A stretch of DNA of 40,000 nt from Lysinibacillus capsici (GCF_003367505.1 NZ_PXXX01000022.1:17625-57624), one strand, 5' to 3'. Shown: positions 15,897 through 25,715, counted from the first letter of the stretch. The notes: generated by a model not told the origin, from the letters alone. Made by a program: numbers and translations.

Positions 15897-17453
15897 ATGC
15901 AAGAAACGGGAACTGTCACCTACACATATGACGCATTTAAACCTGGCGAACAATTTCCGCCAGCTAACGCAATTGAACGTATAGCAAAGTATCGACGTAT
16001 GAAAAAGTTATATGACGGAAAACAGTCCGAACTATATGATAGAGCAACAGCGCTCCTAAAAGATACGCCACATGCTAAACAATTACAGTCACTCTATATT
16101 GCAGCCAATATTGCCGACATCATTGTTACGAAAGCAAGTGATTTACTTGTCGGAGAACCACCAATCTTCGATAGCGGATTAGCAGACGATACGGAGCAAC
16201 AATTTGCAATTAACTCCTACGTTGAGGAAAACGATCTTGTTAAGTTAATTCACGAATCTGCGCTTGCTAATGGTTATCGTGGCGATTCATGGATTAAAGT
16301 TCGTTACGACTATCGCCAGGACTATAGCGCTCTAACAATGAGAGGCCTACCTATCCCAGACGATGCGGTAATGGAGCCTATTATCGAACATATTGCCGCA
16401 GACTGTGTATTCCCAATTACAAGTGACGGTAACGTGAAGAAGTTTAAGTCAGTAGTCATTGCAAGCGTAGAATGGGTAGTTTCTAAAAAGGAAGAAACAC
16501 CGTACTTAAACGTTGAGCACCACCTGCCAGGCTATATCATTAATGAGCGATATAAACTTACGACTTATGAAGGTGGAGTTGACAACAAATACGGCTATCC
16601 AGTACAGCTTTTCTTAATTGATAAAAAGGTCAGCGATAGCGAAATTGTTCCGACAGGAGTTCCGCACTTACTCGTTCATCACATTCCATATAAATCAACG
16701 GACGACCAATGGGAGGGTAAAGGAACATTAGAAGTGCTAGAAACGATTTTAATTGCGATAAATGACCGATTAGCGCAGCTCGATTATGTTCTATGGAAGC
16801 ATAGTGATCCGACAGCGTATGGACCAGAACTAGGGACGCATGGTAACGCAAGATTAACAGGCGCTTATATTCCTTTAACTGCCGAAGATAAAACACCAGG
16901 CTATATGACGTGGGATGGACAGTTGAATAGTGCATTTAAAGAACTTGAAACATTGATTGGCATGGCGTTTCAAATCGCAGAAACTCCGCAATGGCTATTC
17001 GGTACTGTACTTGGAGATCAAAACGCTGGAGGAACAGGCACATCGCATACAGATGGCGCTGCTATTAAAGCGCGCTTTATGCCAATATTGACGAAAGTAG
17101 CTCGTATTAGAACGCACTACGACCGCGCTCTACGAGATGCACTATATAACTGCCAATTGCTTGATATAGCGCATGGCGAAGCTAATTTCGAAGCAGTCTA
17201 TCCGGTTATTCACTGGCAAGATGGCTTACCTCATTCCGAAAAAGAGCAAGCCGAAATTATGGCAATTCGTACTGGCAATAAGCCGACAATTGACGTAGCT
17301 ACAGCGATTAAACGTATGGACGGTGTAGACGACATTCAAGCTACCGAAATCATGACGCGGATTGATGCCGATACAGAGCGTGAAGTTGGTACAGTCGATG
17401 CTTCCATCTTTAATGACCCTTATACAGAAATGGACGAAGGGACTGACGCCTGA
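15897..17453 (+). CDS. Portal protein
   Basis: 518 aa immediately after terL, with size and position typical of a portal. The strong SD at 15851-15860 is better placed for in-frame ATC 15867 (see findings). Confidence 0.85.
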   Translation: MQETGTVTYTYDAFKPGEQFPPANAIERIAKYRRMKKLYDGKQSELYDRATALLKDTPHAKQLQSLYIAANIADIIVTKASDLLVGEPPIFDSGLADDTEQQFAINSYVEENDLVKLIHESALANGYRGDSWIKVRYDYRQDYSALTMRGLPIPDDAVMEPIIEHIAADCVFPITSDGNVKKFKSVVIASVEWVVSKKEETPYLNVEHHLPGYIINERYKLTTYEGGVDNKYGYPVQLFLIDKKVSDSEIVPTGVPHLLVHHIPYKSTDDQWEGKGTLEVLETILIAINDRLAQLDYVLWKHSDPTAYGPELGTHGNARLTGAYIPLTAEDKTPGYMTWDGQLNSAFKELETLIGMAFQIAETPQWLFGTVLGDQNAGGTGTSHTDGAAIKARFMPILTKVARIRTHYDRALRDALYNCQLLDIAHGEANFEAVYPVIHWQDGLPHSEKEQAEIMAIRTGNKPTIDVATAIKRMDGVDDIQATEIMTRIDADTEREVGTVDASIFNDPYTEMDEGTDA

Positions 17454-18733
17454 TGCGTGAAGTACCTCAGCCAGATTACGATTATGATGTTAAAAAGATA
17501 CAAAAAGCTTATACAAAAGCATTAAAAGACGTAAAAAATGAACTTAATAACTTATTTCTTACGGATTTCGAGAGCGCGCAGATCATCGCCGTTGAAAAGT
17601 CTATCCGTAACATATTATCCGACATTGAAAAATACGGAAATGAATGGTCTGCCGTCGCCATAACTAAATCAGCAACAGAAGGTATCGCATCGACTATTTA
17701 TACTTTAGAGCTTACTAAGTCTTATGAGGATGCTCTTAAAATTGTAAAATTTAATACGGTAAATAAACGACTTATTGCTGCAGCTATAGCAGATACTCAG
17801 TCAGATTTACTCGCAATAACGCAAAACATGGAGCGACAAGCAAAGATAGCAATTAGAAAAGCAACGGCCGAAGCCATGCGCGCTAAACTTACGTCTGGTA
17901 TTAACGCTACATCTGACATATCAAAAGAGATACGGGAACGTATCATTAATGCCACCGGCGTTGCGATTATTGACTCTAGGGGGAATCGATGGAAAGTTGA
18001 AAACTACGCAGATGTAGTCGCCAGAACTAATATGATGAACGCGCATCGCGAAGCAAGTATTAACGAAGCGTTATCGGAAGAGTCTTACTATGGTCGAATT
18101 AGTCGTCATGGAGCTAAGGACGCTTGCAGAGAATATGAAGGTAAAATCGTAAAATTAGTAGCAGATGCACCTGGAGATTACCCTTACATTGGCGATATAC
18201 CAAGAAAAAAACTGTTCCATCCTCGTTGCAAACATTTGGTCAGCCCTTTGCGTGATCCAGAGAAGTATAATAACCCAAACGTATGGGAGAAAAAACCAAC
18301 AGAATCAACACTTAAACATGCTAATCTAGGAGACTTTACGATAAAACCTCGCACACAAGAGATTTCTAAAATGAAAAGTGGAGGGCATGGTCAAGATAAT
18401 ATTAGTTTCTTAAAAGAAAATAATATTGATTACAATATTGAAAAGATTTTTTCTAACGGAGTTCGCATAGGTAACGTTCCTAGTCATAAGTCTAAAACAA
18501 AGAAAACTGGAGTAGGGCAGTCATGGTTTCCTGAAAATTGGACTAAAGATGATATTGAAAAAGCAGGTTTACATGTAGCCAACAATCCTGATAATAAAAT
18601 TGTTAACGGATTTCAAATATTTGGCGTTTACAAGAATATTGAAATTGGTGTATTTTTAAACTTAGACAATAATAAAGTTATCAGTACTATTTTCCCTACA
18701 AATAAGCAATCTCATTTAGAGGAAGGTGATTAG
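17453..18733 (+). CDS. MuF/SPP1 gp7-like head morphogenesis protein fused to a C-terminal EndoU-like toxin domain
   Basis: The MuF core ends at FHPRCKHLV (~aa 270). C-terminal ~150 aa carry SGGHGQ...KSKTKKTGVGQSWFPENWTKDDIEKAG...ISTIFPT, resembling bacterial EndoU-type RNase toxin domains. DNA from ~18290 is visibly more AT-rich. Confidence 0.8.
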   Translation: MREVPQPDYDYDVKKIQKAYTKALKDVKNELNNLFLTDFESAQIIAVEKSIRNILSDIEKYGNEWSAVAITKSATEGIASTIYTLELTKSYEDALKIVKFNTVNKRLIAAAIADTQSDLLAITQNMERQAKIAIRKATAEAMRAKLTSGINATSDISKEIRERIINATGVAIIDSRGNRWKVENYADVVARTNMMNAHREASINEALSEESYYGRISRHGAKDACREYEGKIVKLVADAPGDYPYIGDIPRKKLFHPRCKHLVSPLRDPEKYNNPNVWEKKPTESTLKHANLGDFTIKPRTQEISKMKSGGHGQDNISFLKENNIDYNIEKIFSNGVRIGNVPSHKSKTKKTGVGQSWFPENWTKDDIEKAGLHVANNPDNKIVNGFQIFGVYKNIEIGVFLNLDNNKVISTIFPTNKQSHLEEGD

Positions 18734-18735
18734 AT

Positions 18736-19038
18736 TTGATTAACACAGGTAACATTACGAATATTATTGAGAAAATGAAAAAATTGCACATAAACGATCC
18801 CGCAATCGAAAATTATTGGAATCAGTTGGTTTTAGAATTTAATGATGAAAAAGAAACAATTCATTTTTTGGATACATGTACCGAAGAAGAAGCTTCTTGG
18901 ATTTCATCAATTTTTGACGACTTGGCACACGTATTTCAAAGTAAAGAATACGCTGATTGCCTCAAAAGACTTGATAAAAAATATCCTAATTTACTAATAT
19001 CGCTCGATATAGAAATAGCAGAATCTTATCTTTCTTAA
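18736..19038 (+). CDS. Candidate immunity protein for the MuF C-terminal toxin
   Basis: 100 aa, acidic. TTG start 6 nt after SD aaggtga, which lies inside the toxin 3' end. AT-rich like the toxin domain and followed by a terminator. Confidence 0.5.
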   Translation: MINTGNITNIIEKMKKLHINDPAIENYWNQLVLEFNDEKETIHFLDTCTEEEASWISSIFDDLAHVFQSKEYADCLKRLDKKYPNLLISLDIEIAESYLS

Positions 19039-19039
19039 A

Positions 19040-19077
19040 ACCGCACTCTGAGAAATAAATGAGTTGCGGTATTTTTA
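19040..19077 (+). terminator. Rho-independent terminator
   Basis: ACCGCACTC...GAGTTGCGGT followed by atttttat. Confidence 0.7.
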
Positions 19078-19153
19078 TGTCCGAACGGAAAGGACGTTAA
19101 ATAATAACGGAAACTACAGCCTACGTAGGCTCAAAAAACGGAGGTAATACGCT

Positions 19154-19876
19154 ATGATTAACAAATTAAACGCATTATTAACGCTAAACCTACAATATTT
19201 TGCAGAAGACGGCGAACCAGAAGCGCCTGAGACGAATCCAGACGGACAACCGCCCGCTGAATCGCAACTCGAATCGTCTGAGAGCGCAGAAAAGACGTTC
19301 ACACAAGCGCAAATCAACGAGATGATTACAGACCGAATCAAGCGAGAGCGTAAGAAATTTGCAGATTACGACGATTTAAAAGCAAAACTTGCAGAGTTTG
19401 AATCGCAAGCAGAAGAAAAGCGTCAGTCGGAATTAACTGACTTAGAGAAGGCGCAAGAACAGGCGAAACAATTCGAGGCACAATTAGCAGAATTAACGGC
19501 ACAACTCGAAACCGAACGCAATAATGCGCGTCAACAAGCAATTAAGAACGAATTTATTAAGGTAGCATCAAGCGCAAATATTATCGACATTGACGCAGCT
19601 ATTGCATTGTCCGATTTATCCGTCGTAGAAATCGGTGAAGATGGCAAAGTTAACGGAGTCGACGACATTATTAAGTCGCTTGTTGAAAATAAACCGTACC
19701 TGGTAGCGAAGAAACAGACGCAACCTATAGGTACTGCTACAAATGGCGGCACTGGCGGACATTCCGAAAAGACGGCCGATCAATTACTCGCAGAAGCAGC
19801 CGAAAAAGCACGTCGAACAGGCTTACTAAAAGATAAAGCTGCCTATGCACAATTAAAAAAGCAACTTGGTAAATAG
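19154..19876 (+). CDS. Scaffolding protein
   Basis: 240 aa, acidic N-terminus, long coiled coil (AEEKRQSELTDLEKAQEQAKQFEAQLAELTAQLE), located just before the major capsid gene. Confidence 0.75.
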   Translation: MINKLNALLTLNLQYFAEDGEPEAPETNPDGQPPAESQLESSESAEKTFTQAQINEMITDRIKRERKKFADYDDLKAKLAEFESQAEEKRQSELTDLEKAQEQAKQFEAQLAELTAQLETERNNARQQAIKNEFIKVASSANIIDIDAAIALSDLSVVEIGEDGKVNGVDDIIKSLVENKPYLVAKKQTQPIGTATNGGTGGHSEKTADQLLAEAAEKARRTGLLKDKAAYAQLKKQLGK

Positions 19877-19958
19877 TCGTTTAGCGGAATATAGCTAACG
19901 GCTTTTTATATTGGCAGTAAACATCAAAAATAAAAAAAACTAAAGGGGTTAAAAATTT

Positions 19959-21044
19959 ATGACAACGTTACAGAATCAAATCGTAGGTAAAAAAGAATCA
20001 GTTACAGACGAATTATTACTTTTAAATCCACACCAAACACCAATGATTAGCTTAGTCGGCTTTGGTGAACCTGTGTCACAAGTAGAGCATCAGTGGTTTG
20101 AGGACGAAATGTTTGCAGATGAAACAACTGCAACAGCAGCTTTAGTTGATGCAACAACAATCACAGTTGCAGACGGTTCTATTTTCGAGCCTAAGCACGT
20201 TGTAAAAATCGGTGAGGAGTTACTTTTAGTTACAGCTATTAATGCAAACGAATTAACAGTTACTCGCGGATACGCAGGAACTACAGCCGCAGCCGTAGTA
20301 GATGGTGCTAAAGTAGAGTTCCAATTTGTTGAAGGTGTAGAAGGAGCAGATGCTCGTAAAGCACGTTACAAATCTCGTAAACGTGTATCTAACTTAACGC
20401 AAATTTTCGATGAAACAGTATCAATTTCAGGTACAGCCGCAGCAACTTCTGAATACGGCATTGATGATCTTTACGAATACGAAAAACAAAAGAAACTATT
20501 AGAGCTTGCATTACAACTTGAAAAAGCAGTAATCAACGGTGTGAAATACGAATCTCCAGACGGTAAAGTACGTCAAACAGGCGGTATCCGTAACTTTATT
20601 AAGACAAATGTAATTAATGCTAACAATGCTACATTAACGCTTAATATGTTGGGTGATGCGTTCCAAGCTATTTATGAGGCAGGTGGTTTCGCAACAGGCG
20701 GTAACTACAAAATTGTTGTTGGAGCTAAACAAAAGCGTGCTATCTCGGCTGCTGACGTTGACAAGATCAATATCACTCGCCAAGATAACGGTCGTGGTCA
20801 AGTTGTGGATCACTTCTTATCAGACTTCGGTTCTGCAGAAATCTTACTAAATCCTAACGTTGGTCCAGACGAAGTGTTTATCATTGACGCTAATCGTACA
20901 GAAATCAAGCCGTTAAAAGGTCGCGACTTTGCACATACGTTCTTAGGTATCAAGGGAGACTATCTTGAAGGTCAGATTGTTGGTGAGTTCTTATTAGAGT
21001 TCAAGCAAGAGAAAGCGCACGCTCGCATTAAGGGCTTAAAATAA
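19959..21044 (+). CDS. Major capsid protein
   Basis: 361 aa. Called from its position after the scaffold, its high-expression context (SD aaagggg), and a hairpin downstream. Confidence 0.8.
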   Translation: MTTLQNQIVGKKESVTDELLLLNPHQTPMISLVGFGEPVSQVEHQWFEDEMFADETTATAALVDATTITVADGSIFEPKHVVKIGEELLLVTAINANELTVTRGYAGTTAAAVVDGAKVEFQFVEGVEGADARKARYKSRKRVSNLTQIFDETVSISGTAAATSEYGIDDLYEYEKQKKLLELALQLEKAVINGVKYESPDGKVRQTGGIRNFIKTNVINANNATLTLNMLGDAFQAIYEAGGFATGGNYKIVVGAKQKRAISAADVDKINITRQDNGRGQVVDHFLSDFGSAEILLNPNVGPDEVFIIDANRTEIKPLKGRDFAHTFLGIKGDYLEGQIVGEFLLEFKQEKAHARIKGLK

Positions 21045-21106
21045 TCGCTGTTATGGCGGTCTTGCACCGCCTTTAACGCATTATTATTAACGAAAGGAGC
21101 GCAATC

Positions 21107-21319
21107 ATGGCGAAATACGAATCGCGTTATAAATCGTTAGGCTTTTACGCTAATGGCGAGCTAAAGCGATTTAATAACGGCACTTATGTAACGGAAGATA
21201 AGGACGAAATTACCGTCTTAGACGGATTAGCAGACGTAACTCGTGTCGATGAAGAACCAAAAACGGAGGCAAAGCCTGTAATTAAAGCGCCAGCTAAACG
21301 CACAGCCTCCGCTAAATAA
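21107..21319 (+). CDS. Hypothetical head-module protein
   Basis: 70 aa with SD aaaggag and a Pro/Lys/Ala-rich C-terminus. Confidence 0.55.
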   Translation: MAKYESRYKSLGFYANGELKRFNNGTYVTEDKDEITVLDGLADVTRVDEEPKTEAKPVIKAPAKRTASAK

Positions 21320-21335
21320 TACGGAGGTGTGGCGT

Positions 21336-21722
21336 GTGGAATGGAATTTAACAGAAGCATCCGAATATGTAACATATAATGCGGTTGATAATGAAGACTT
21401 TTTAGCATCTGACGATACGCAGAAGATACGCTTTTTAAACGTCGGTGAACGTACTCTGCGTCGAGCCTTTAAAGGTTATACGATTCCAAACGAAGCGTGT
21501 TACTTATTTGCTTGCGTGCTTAACGCTAACTTTAATGATACAACTGTAATGGCGCAGCGAGGCATTGCCGGATTCAGTATCGATGGCATTTCGTTCACCT
21601 TCAAGGATTGGGCGAAGAAAGAGTTAGACGATCTTATTACAGATGACATTCGCGACATAATCGCAGAAGCTAATCAGGATATCGACAGCAATAATGGACG
21701 CGTAAAGTGGGTGACGCTCTAA
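21336..21722 (+). CDS. Head-tail connector (gp6-like) protein
   Basis: Called from position. GTG 21336 lies 8 nt after SD ggagg, whereas the ORF-track start at 21327 overlaps the SD. Confidence 0.55.
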   Translation: MEWNLTEASEYVTYNAVDNEDFLASDDTQKIRFLNVGERTLRRAFKGYTIPNEACYLFACVLNANFNDTTVMAQRGIAGFSIDGISFTFKDWAKKELDDLITDDIRDIIAEANQDIDSNNGRVKWVTL

Positions 21723-22045
21723 TGGCGATTGTACCACTAAAACAAAAGGCGTTTGTGCGTAAATACATCGCAGACAATAACGATGGATGGGCGACTGATG
21801 ATTACGCAGAGCCGGTTGAATATACGGTCAGAGCTACGGAACGCTTCGAAGTTGTTACGAATCAACTTGGTGAAGAAGTTACAACATCTCTTAAACTGCT
21901 GTTCGACAAGATGCCAGATGTCAGCTATGATGATATGTTTTCGTTTACTAACGAGTTGGGCCATACAATAGAGCGCAAGCCTATATCGATAAAGTATACA
22001 CGGATGGTTAATGGTAAAGTTACGTTGACATCCGTTTTCTTGTGA
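21722..22045 (+). CDS. Head closure / head-tail adaptor protein
   Basis: ATG 21722 overlaps the previous stop (taATG). Size and position fit the connector module. Confidence 0.55.
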   Translation: MAIVPLKQKAFVRKYIADNNDGWATDDYAEPVEYTVRATERFEVVTNQLGEEVTTSLKLLFDKMPDVSYDDMFSFTNELGHTIERKPISIKYTRMVNGKVTLTSVFL

Positions 22046-22054
22046 GGTGACGAA

Positions 22055-22456
22055 ATGGCCGAGTTTTATATTGAAGCTAATGGATTAGCACGAACAATGG
22101 AGCGATCAATCGACGCTACAGCTCGCGGAATGCTAAACGGTCTCACAGACGTTAAGAACGATTGGAAAGCTGAATCGATTGATATTGCGCCAATTGATAC
22201 GAGCAATTTACGACAGCAAATAGCTGCGGAAGTGTTTACGGAAGGTAACGAAAAAGGCGTTGAAATCAGCGCTAATGCTACACGTGGAGCAAGACGATTC
22301 AATTATGCATACTACATTCATGAAGAAGATGCGGGTGGTGCAAACGTAAACGGTGAAAAGAAATTCCTCGATAAGCCAGCGCAAAACAACAAGGAAAAAT
22401 GGGCGGAGTGGATCGAGAGGGAAATCGAATCAGAGCTTAGAAGGGCGGGATGGTAG
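22055..22456 (+). CDS. HK97 gp10-like neck/tail-joining protein
   Basis: 133 aa. Called from position and general similarity to gp10-family proteins (tentative). Confidence 0.55.
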   Translation: MAEFYIEANGLARTMERSIDATARGMLNGLTDVKNDWKAESIDIAPIDTSNLRQQIAAEVFTEGNEKGVEISANATRGARRFNYAYYIHEEDAGGANVNGEKKFLDKPAQNNKEKWAEWIEREIESELRRAGW

Positions 22457-22459
22457 TCT

Positions 22460-22921
22460 ATGGCGGACATAATCAAAGAAATCGATACGATAGGTGATTT
22501 ACTGGCGACTGTAGACGTCACTCGCTTGTATAAACAAGACTTACCGTTAAAATATATTGCTAATACGCTCGGTATTCGATGGCAAGGCGATAGTGACGAC
22601 GATTTCACGCAAGCAGCATATGAAATCAACCGTATTTATCAGATTATATACTTCGGTAATAGTGAGATTGATTGTTTAAAAAAATCGAAATTAATCCGTT
22701 CAAAATTGAGCGATTACTTATCCAAAAAAGTACAAATACGAGACTCTAACGACTTTATCACGTTTGAGTCTTTTTCTATGTCCGCCCCATTTAAAACGGA
22801 AACGGACGGAGTTTATGCGGTTGTTGGCGTGCTTAACGCTTTACTACTTGAAGCATATACGCAACCACAATACGAAAAAATGCGTGAAATTCACGCAGCT
22901 ATTAACGAAGGAGGAATTTAG
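22460..22921 (+). CDS. Tail completion / sheath terminator-like protein (XkdJ position)
   Basis: 153 aa immediately upstream of the sheath gene. Confidence 0.5.
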   Translation: MADIIKEIDTIGDLLATVDVTRLYKQDLPLKYIANTLGIRWQGDSDDDFTQAAYEINRIYQIIYFGNSEIDCLKKSKLIRSKLSDYLSKKVQIRDSNDFITFESFSMSAPFKTETDGVYAVVGVLNALLLEAYTQPQYEKMREIHAAINEGGI

Positions 22922-24004
22922 ATGGCGAATGGAGGAACGTGGGAAGCTACGTCTTTACCAGTCCGTCCAGGACTATATATTAATTTCCGCGATGCAGCAC
23001 TTGCATCTATAACGGGCGGTTCACGCGGAACAGTAGCAGTACCGATTTTTAATTACACAGGCGGTACAGCAGAGGCAGGAAAATTCTACACAATTGAAAC
23101 CGTATCAGACGGTATGGAGTTAGTTGGTAGCGCAAATGCAACACCAATTACACGCATTTTACAAGGCGGGGCTAAAGAAGTATTAGTATACGCGGTGCCA
23201 GCAATCGGTGAAAGCGAAACAGCGACAGAACAATACGCTAATTTACGAGATACGTTCTCGGTGCAAGACTTTAACGTCTTTGTATATCCTACTGTAATCG
23301 ATGCAGCAGAACAGACAGCGACTAAAGCATGGGTAGAGAGTTGTCGTGAAGAAGGTAAACACTTTATGTATGTAGCTGGCGGAGATGCAGCGAGCGATGC
23401 TGATATTACAGCGGGCAATGCGCGTTCTGTTATTTTGAAGGATTCGTATATTGTCAACTTGGTTACTGGCGTAGTTTTAGCAGACGGAACCGAAGTTCAA
23501 TCGGCTGATTATGCGCCGTACATCGCGGGACTTATCGCAGGAACACCGATTAACAAGTCTATTACTTATGCAGAGTTACCACTTGCTGACGTTACCCTGC
23601 GACTTAAAAACTCGCAAGTAGAGACAGCGTTAAAATCTGGATCACTCGTAATCATCAAAGACGGCAACAAGGTCCGTATTGAGCAAGGCATCACAACGGA
23701 CTCAAATGCTGGAGAACGTGGTAAAATCCGTACGACTCGCGCTAAACAAGCTGTCGCTACGGACATTCCGTCTACTGCACGCGATTCCTACATTGGTAAA
23801 GTCGATAATAATCCGAATGGCCAAGCATCATTAATTGGTGCTATTAAGGCTTATCTCGAATTGATGGAGACGGACAATGTACTAATGAATCCAGAAGTAA
23901 TGCTCGATTCTCGATATAAGTCAGAAGGTGACAAAGTATTCATCGCTGTTGCTTATACGGAAGTTGACAGTATGGAACGAATTTTCTTGACGATTACTGT
24001 TTAG
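22922..24004 (+). CDS. Contractile tail sheath protein (XkdK-like)
   Basis: 360 aa in the sheath-tube-chaperone-TMP order. N-terminus GTWEATSLPVRPGLYINF is typical of PBSX-type sheaths. Confidence 0.85.
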   Translation: MANGGTWEATSLPVRPGLYINFRDAALASITGGSRGTVAVPIFNYTGGTAEAGKFYTIETVSDGMELVGSANATPITRILQGGAKEVLVYAVPAIGESETATEQYANLRDTFSVQDFNVFVYPTVIDAAEQTATKAWVESCREEGKHFMYVAGGDAASDADITAGNARSVILKDSYIVNLVTGVVLADGTEVQSADYAPYIAGLIAGTPINKSITYAELPLADVTLRLKNSQVETALKSGSLVIIKDGNKVRIEQGITTDSNAGERGKIRTTRAKQAVATDIPSTARDSYIGKVDNNPNGQASLIGAIKAYLELMETDNVLMNPEVMLDSRYKSEGDKVFIAVAYTEVDSMERIFLTITV

Positions 24005-24043
24005 TAGTCGTCTTTTTAAATATAACGCAGGAGGTAATAGTTT

Positions 24044-24475
24044 ATGGTAATGAAATCAACTGATGCCGTATCAGGTACGTTTGGTAAGCTGATCCATGAT
24101 GGACAATGGCTCACAAATGTATACGGTGTTGAAGTGAACGGCGAAATCAACTACGAAGATGTTAAACGTTCGGGTACTCGCGCAAAAGGTAAGAAGGCGA
24201 TGGACTTCGAATTTACTGGAACGATTAAGTCTTACAAGATGAGCAACGAATTTGCGAAGAAGATTGGCCAGATTACAGATGATACTAAAGGCGCGTTTGT
24301 AACAGAGCTTATTGTCGCATTAGAGGATCCAGAAAATGCGCCAGTTGGTGCGGAGAAAATTCGAATTAAGGGTGTACAATTTACGAATATTCCCGTAATC
24401 AACTTTGAGCATGGCGCATTAGTTGAAGAAGAACTGCAGTTTGTTTGTGAAGGTTACGAGTACATCATGATTTAA
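24044..24475 (+). CDS. Tail tube protein (XkdM-like)
   Basis: 143 aa following the sheath gene, with strong SD aggagg. Confidence 0.85.
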   Translation: MVMKSTDAVSGTFGKLIHDGQWLTNVYGVEVNGEINYEDVKRSGTRAKGKKAMDFEFTGTIKSYKMSNEFAKKIGQITDDTKGAFVTELIVALEDPENAPVGAEKIRIKGVQFTNIPVINFEHGALVEEELQFVCEGYEYIMI

Positions 24476-24484
24476 TGCAATTAT

Positions 24485-24516
24485 GACGCAAGGGCTACGG
24501 CTCTTAGCGTCTTTTT
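24485..24516 (+). terminator. Hairpin plus T-run after the tube gene (attenuating terminator)
   Basis: GACGCAAGGGC-tacg-GCTCTTAGCGTC followed by TTTTT. Confidence 0.65.
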
Positions 24517-24552
24517 AAATTCGAAAATAAACTCAACGGAGGTTATCCATAC

Positions 24553-24945
24553 ATGGACGCATTACAAGCATTATTAGGCGCAAAGCCAGCAACGGAAATT
24601 ACGAATCAAGTGAAAATCAAACGTCTAGGAACAGAGTTTACGATTAAGGCGCTTACTGGCGAGGACATTGATAAGATTCGAGATCAAGCAACTGGGCCAA
24701 TGAAAAACGGTAAAAAAATAGAGATGAAAGTTAATGAGGAAGAAGTTGCACGCTTACTTATCGTTAAATCTGTAGTTGAACCTTCATTTTCTAGCCCACA
24801 ACTACTAGAACATTTCGGAGCATCTGACGCAGGAGAATGTGTTCAAAAAGCACTACTAGCTGGTGAAATTGCTACATTACAAAACGAAATTTTAATGTTA
24901 TCCGGCTTTAATGACGAAGAAGAAATCGAAGAAGTAAAAAACTAA
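24553..24945 (+). CDS. Tail assembly chaperone (XkdN-like)
   Basis: 130 aa between the tube and tape measure genes, with an acidic C-terminus. It ends at a slippery heptamer. Confidence 0.75.
   Translation: MDALQALLGAKPATEITNQVKIKRLGTEFTIKALTGEDIDKIRDQATGPMKNGKKIEMKVNEEEVARLLIVKSVVEPSFSSPQLLEHFGASDAGECVQKALLAGEIATLQNEILMLSGFNDEEEIEEVKN
24936..24942 (+). promoter_or_regulatory. Candidate -1 programmed frameshift heptamer A_AAA_AAC
   Basis: The zero frame reads gtA AAA AAC taa. A -1 slip enters the open frame 24948-25121, which has no SD of its own. Confidence 0.55.
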
Positions 24946-24947
24946 TA

Positions 24948-25121
24948 ATGGCGGGTGGCGAAGCGTTTTTGCTACACCGCATATGGCAAGATAAACATGT
25001 ACTGCCTCATGAAATTTACACTCTAGATAGACGTTATAAGAATTTCGTTTACGCATCAGAGTTACTTGTAATTGAGGAAGAAGAAAAGGCGGAAAAAGAA
25101 CGTCAGAAAGGAGGAAAATAA
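24948..25121 (+). CDS. Chaperone -1 frame extension (or small XkzB-like ORF)
   Basis: 57 codons open in the -1 frame relative to 24553-24945, ending 1 nt before the TMP start. Confidence 0.55.
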   Translation: MAGGEAFLLHRIWQDKHVLPHEIYTLDRRYKNFVYASELLVIEEEEKAEKERQKGGK

Positions 25122-25715
25122 TTGGCTGTAAATTTGACAGCTGTGTTTCGTCTACGGGATCAAGGTTCTTCGCGCTTACGACGAATCACGGATATGATGA
25201 ATCGAATGAACAGAGCAGGACGTACAGCGAGTGAGGGCATATCGAGAGTACAAACAGCAACTAATCGTCTAGGAAGTACTGTCTCCACAACATCTAATCG
25301 TATGAATGGATTTGCGGCTAGTGTAAGTCGTTTGCACGTCGGATCGAATGGACTGAGTGCGTCTTTCGGTGGGTTACAAAGCACTTTAATTGGACTCGCT
25401 AGCGCATATATGACTGTACAAGGAGCAGCGAAAGCGTTTGATGCAACAATCGGAGCTGCGGCACGTTACGAGCAATCAGAGGTTGCAGTTAAAGCAATAT
25501 TTAATGACCCGAAAAAGTCAGATGCTTATTTGAAGATGGTTGATAAGATGGCGATAGACAGTCCGTTGCTTAATAGTGGAGATATGCTAAAGTCGTCTAA
25601 AACGCTTGTAGCAATGACAAAAGACGTCGGGGATTTAGGTAAAGCATGGTCAATAATTGAACGTCTGATGGTTCTTGATCCTACGCAAGGAACTGACGGA
25701 GCAGCATTTGCCCTT
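25122..25715 (+). CDS. Tape measure protein, exon 1 of 3
   Basis: TTG start 6 nt after SD aaaggagga. The ORF runs into a stop only after the predicted 5' splice site (U25715 paired with G25722 in P1). Confidence 0.8.
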
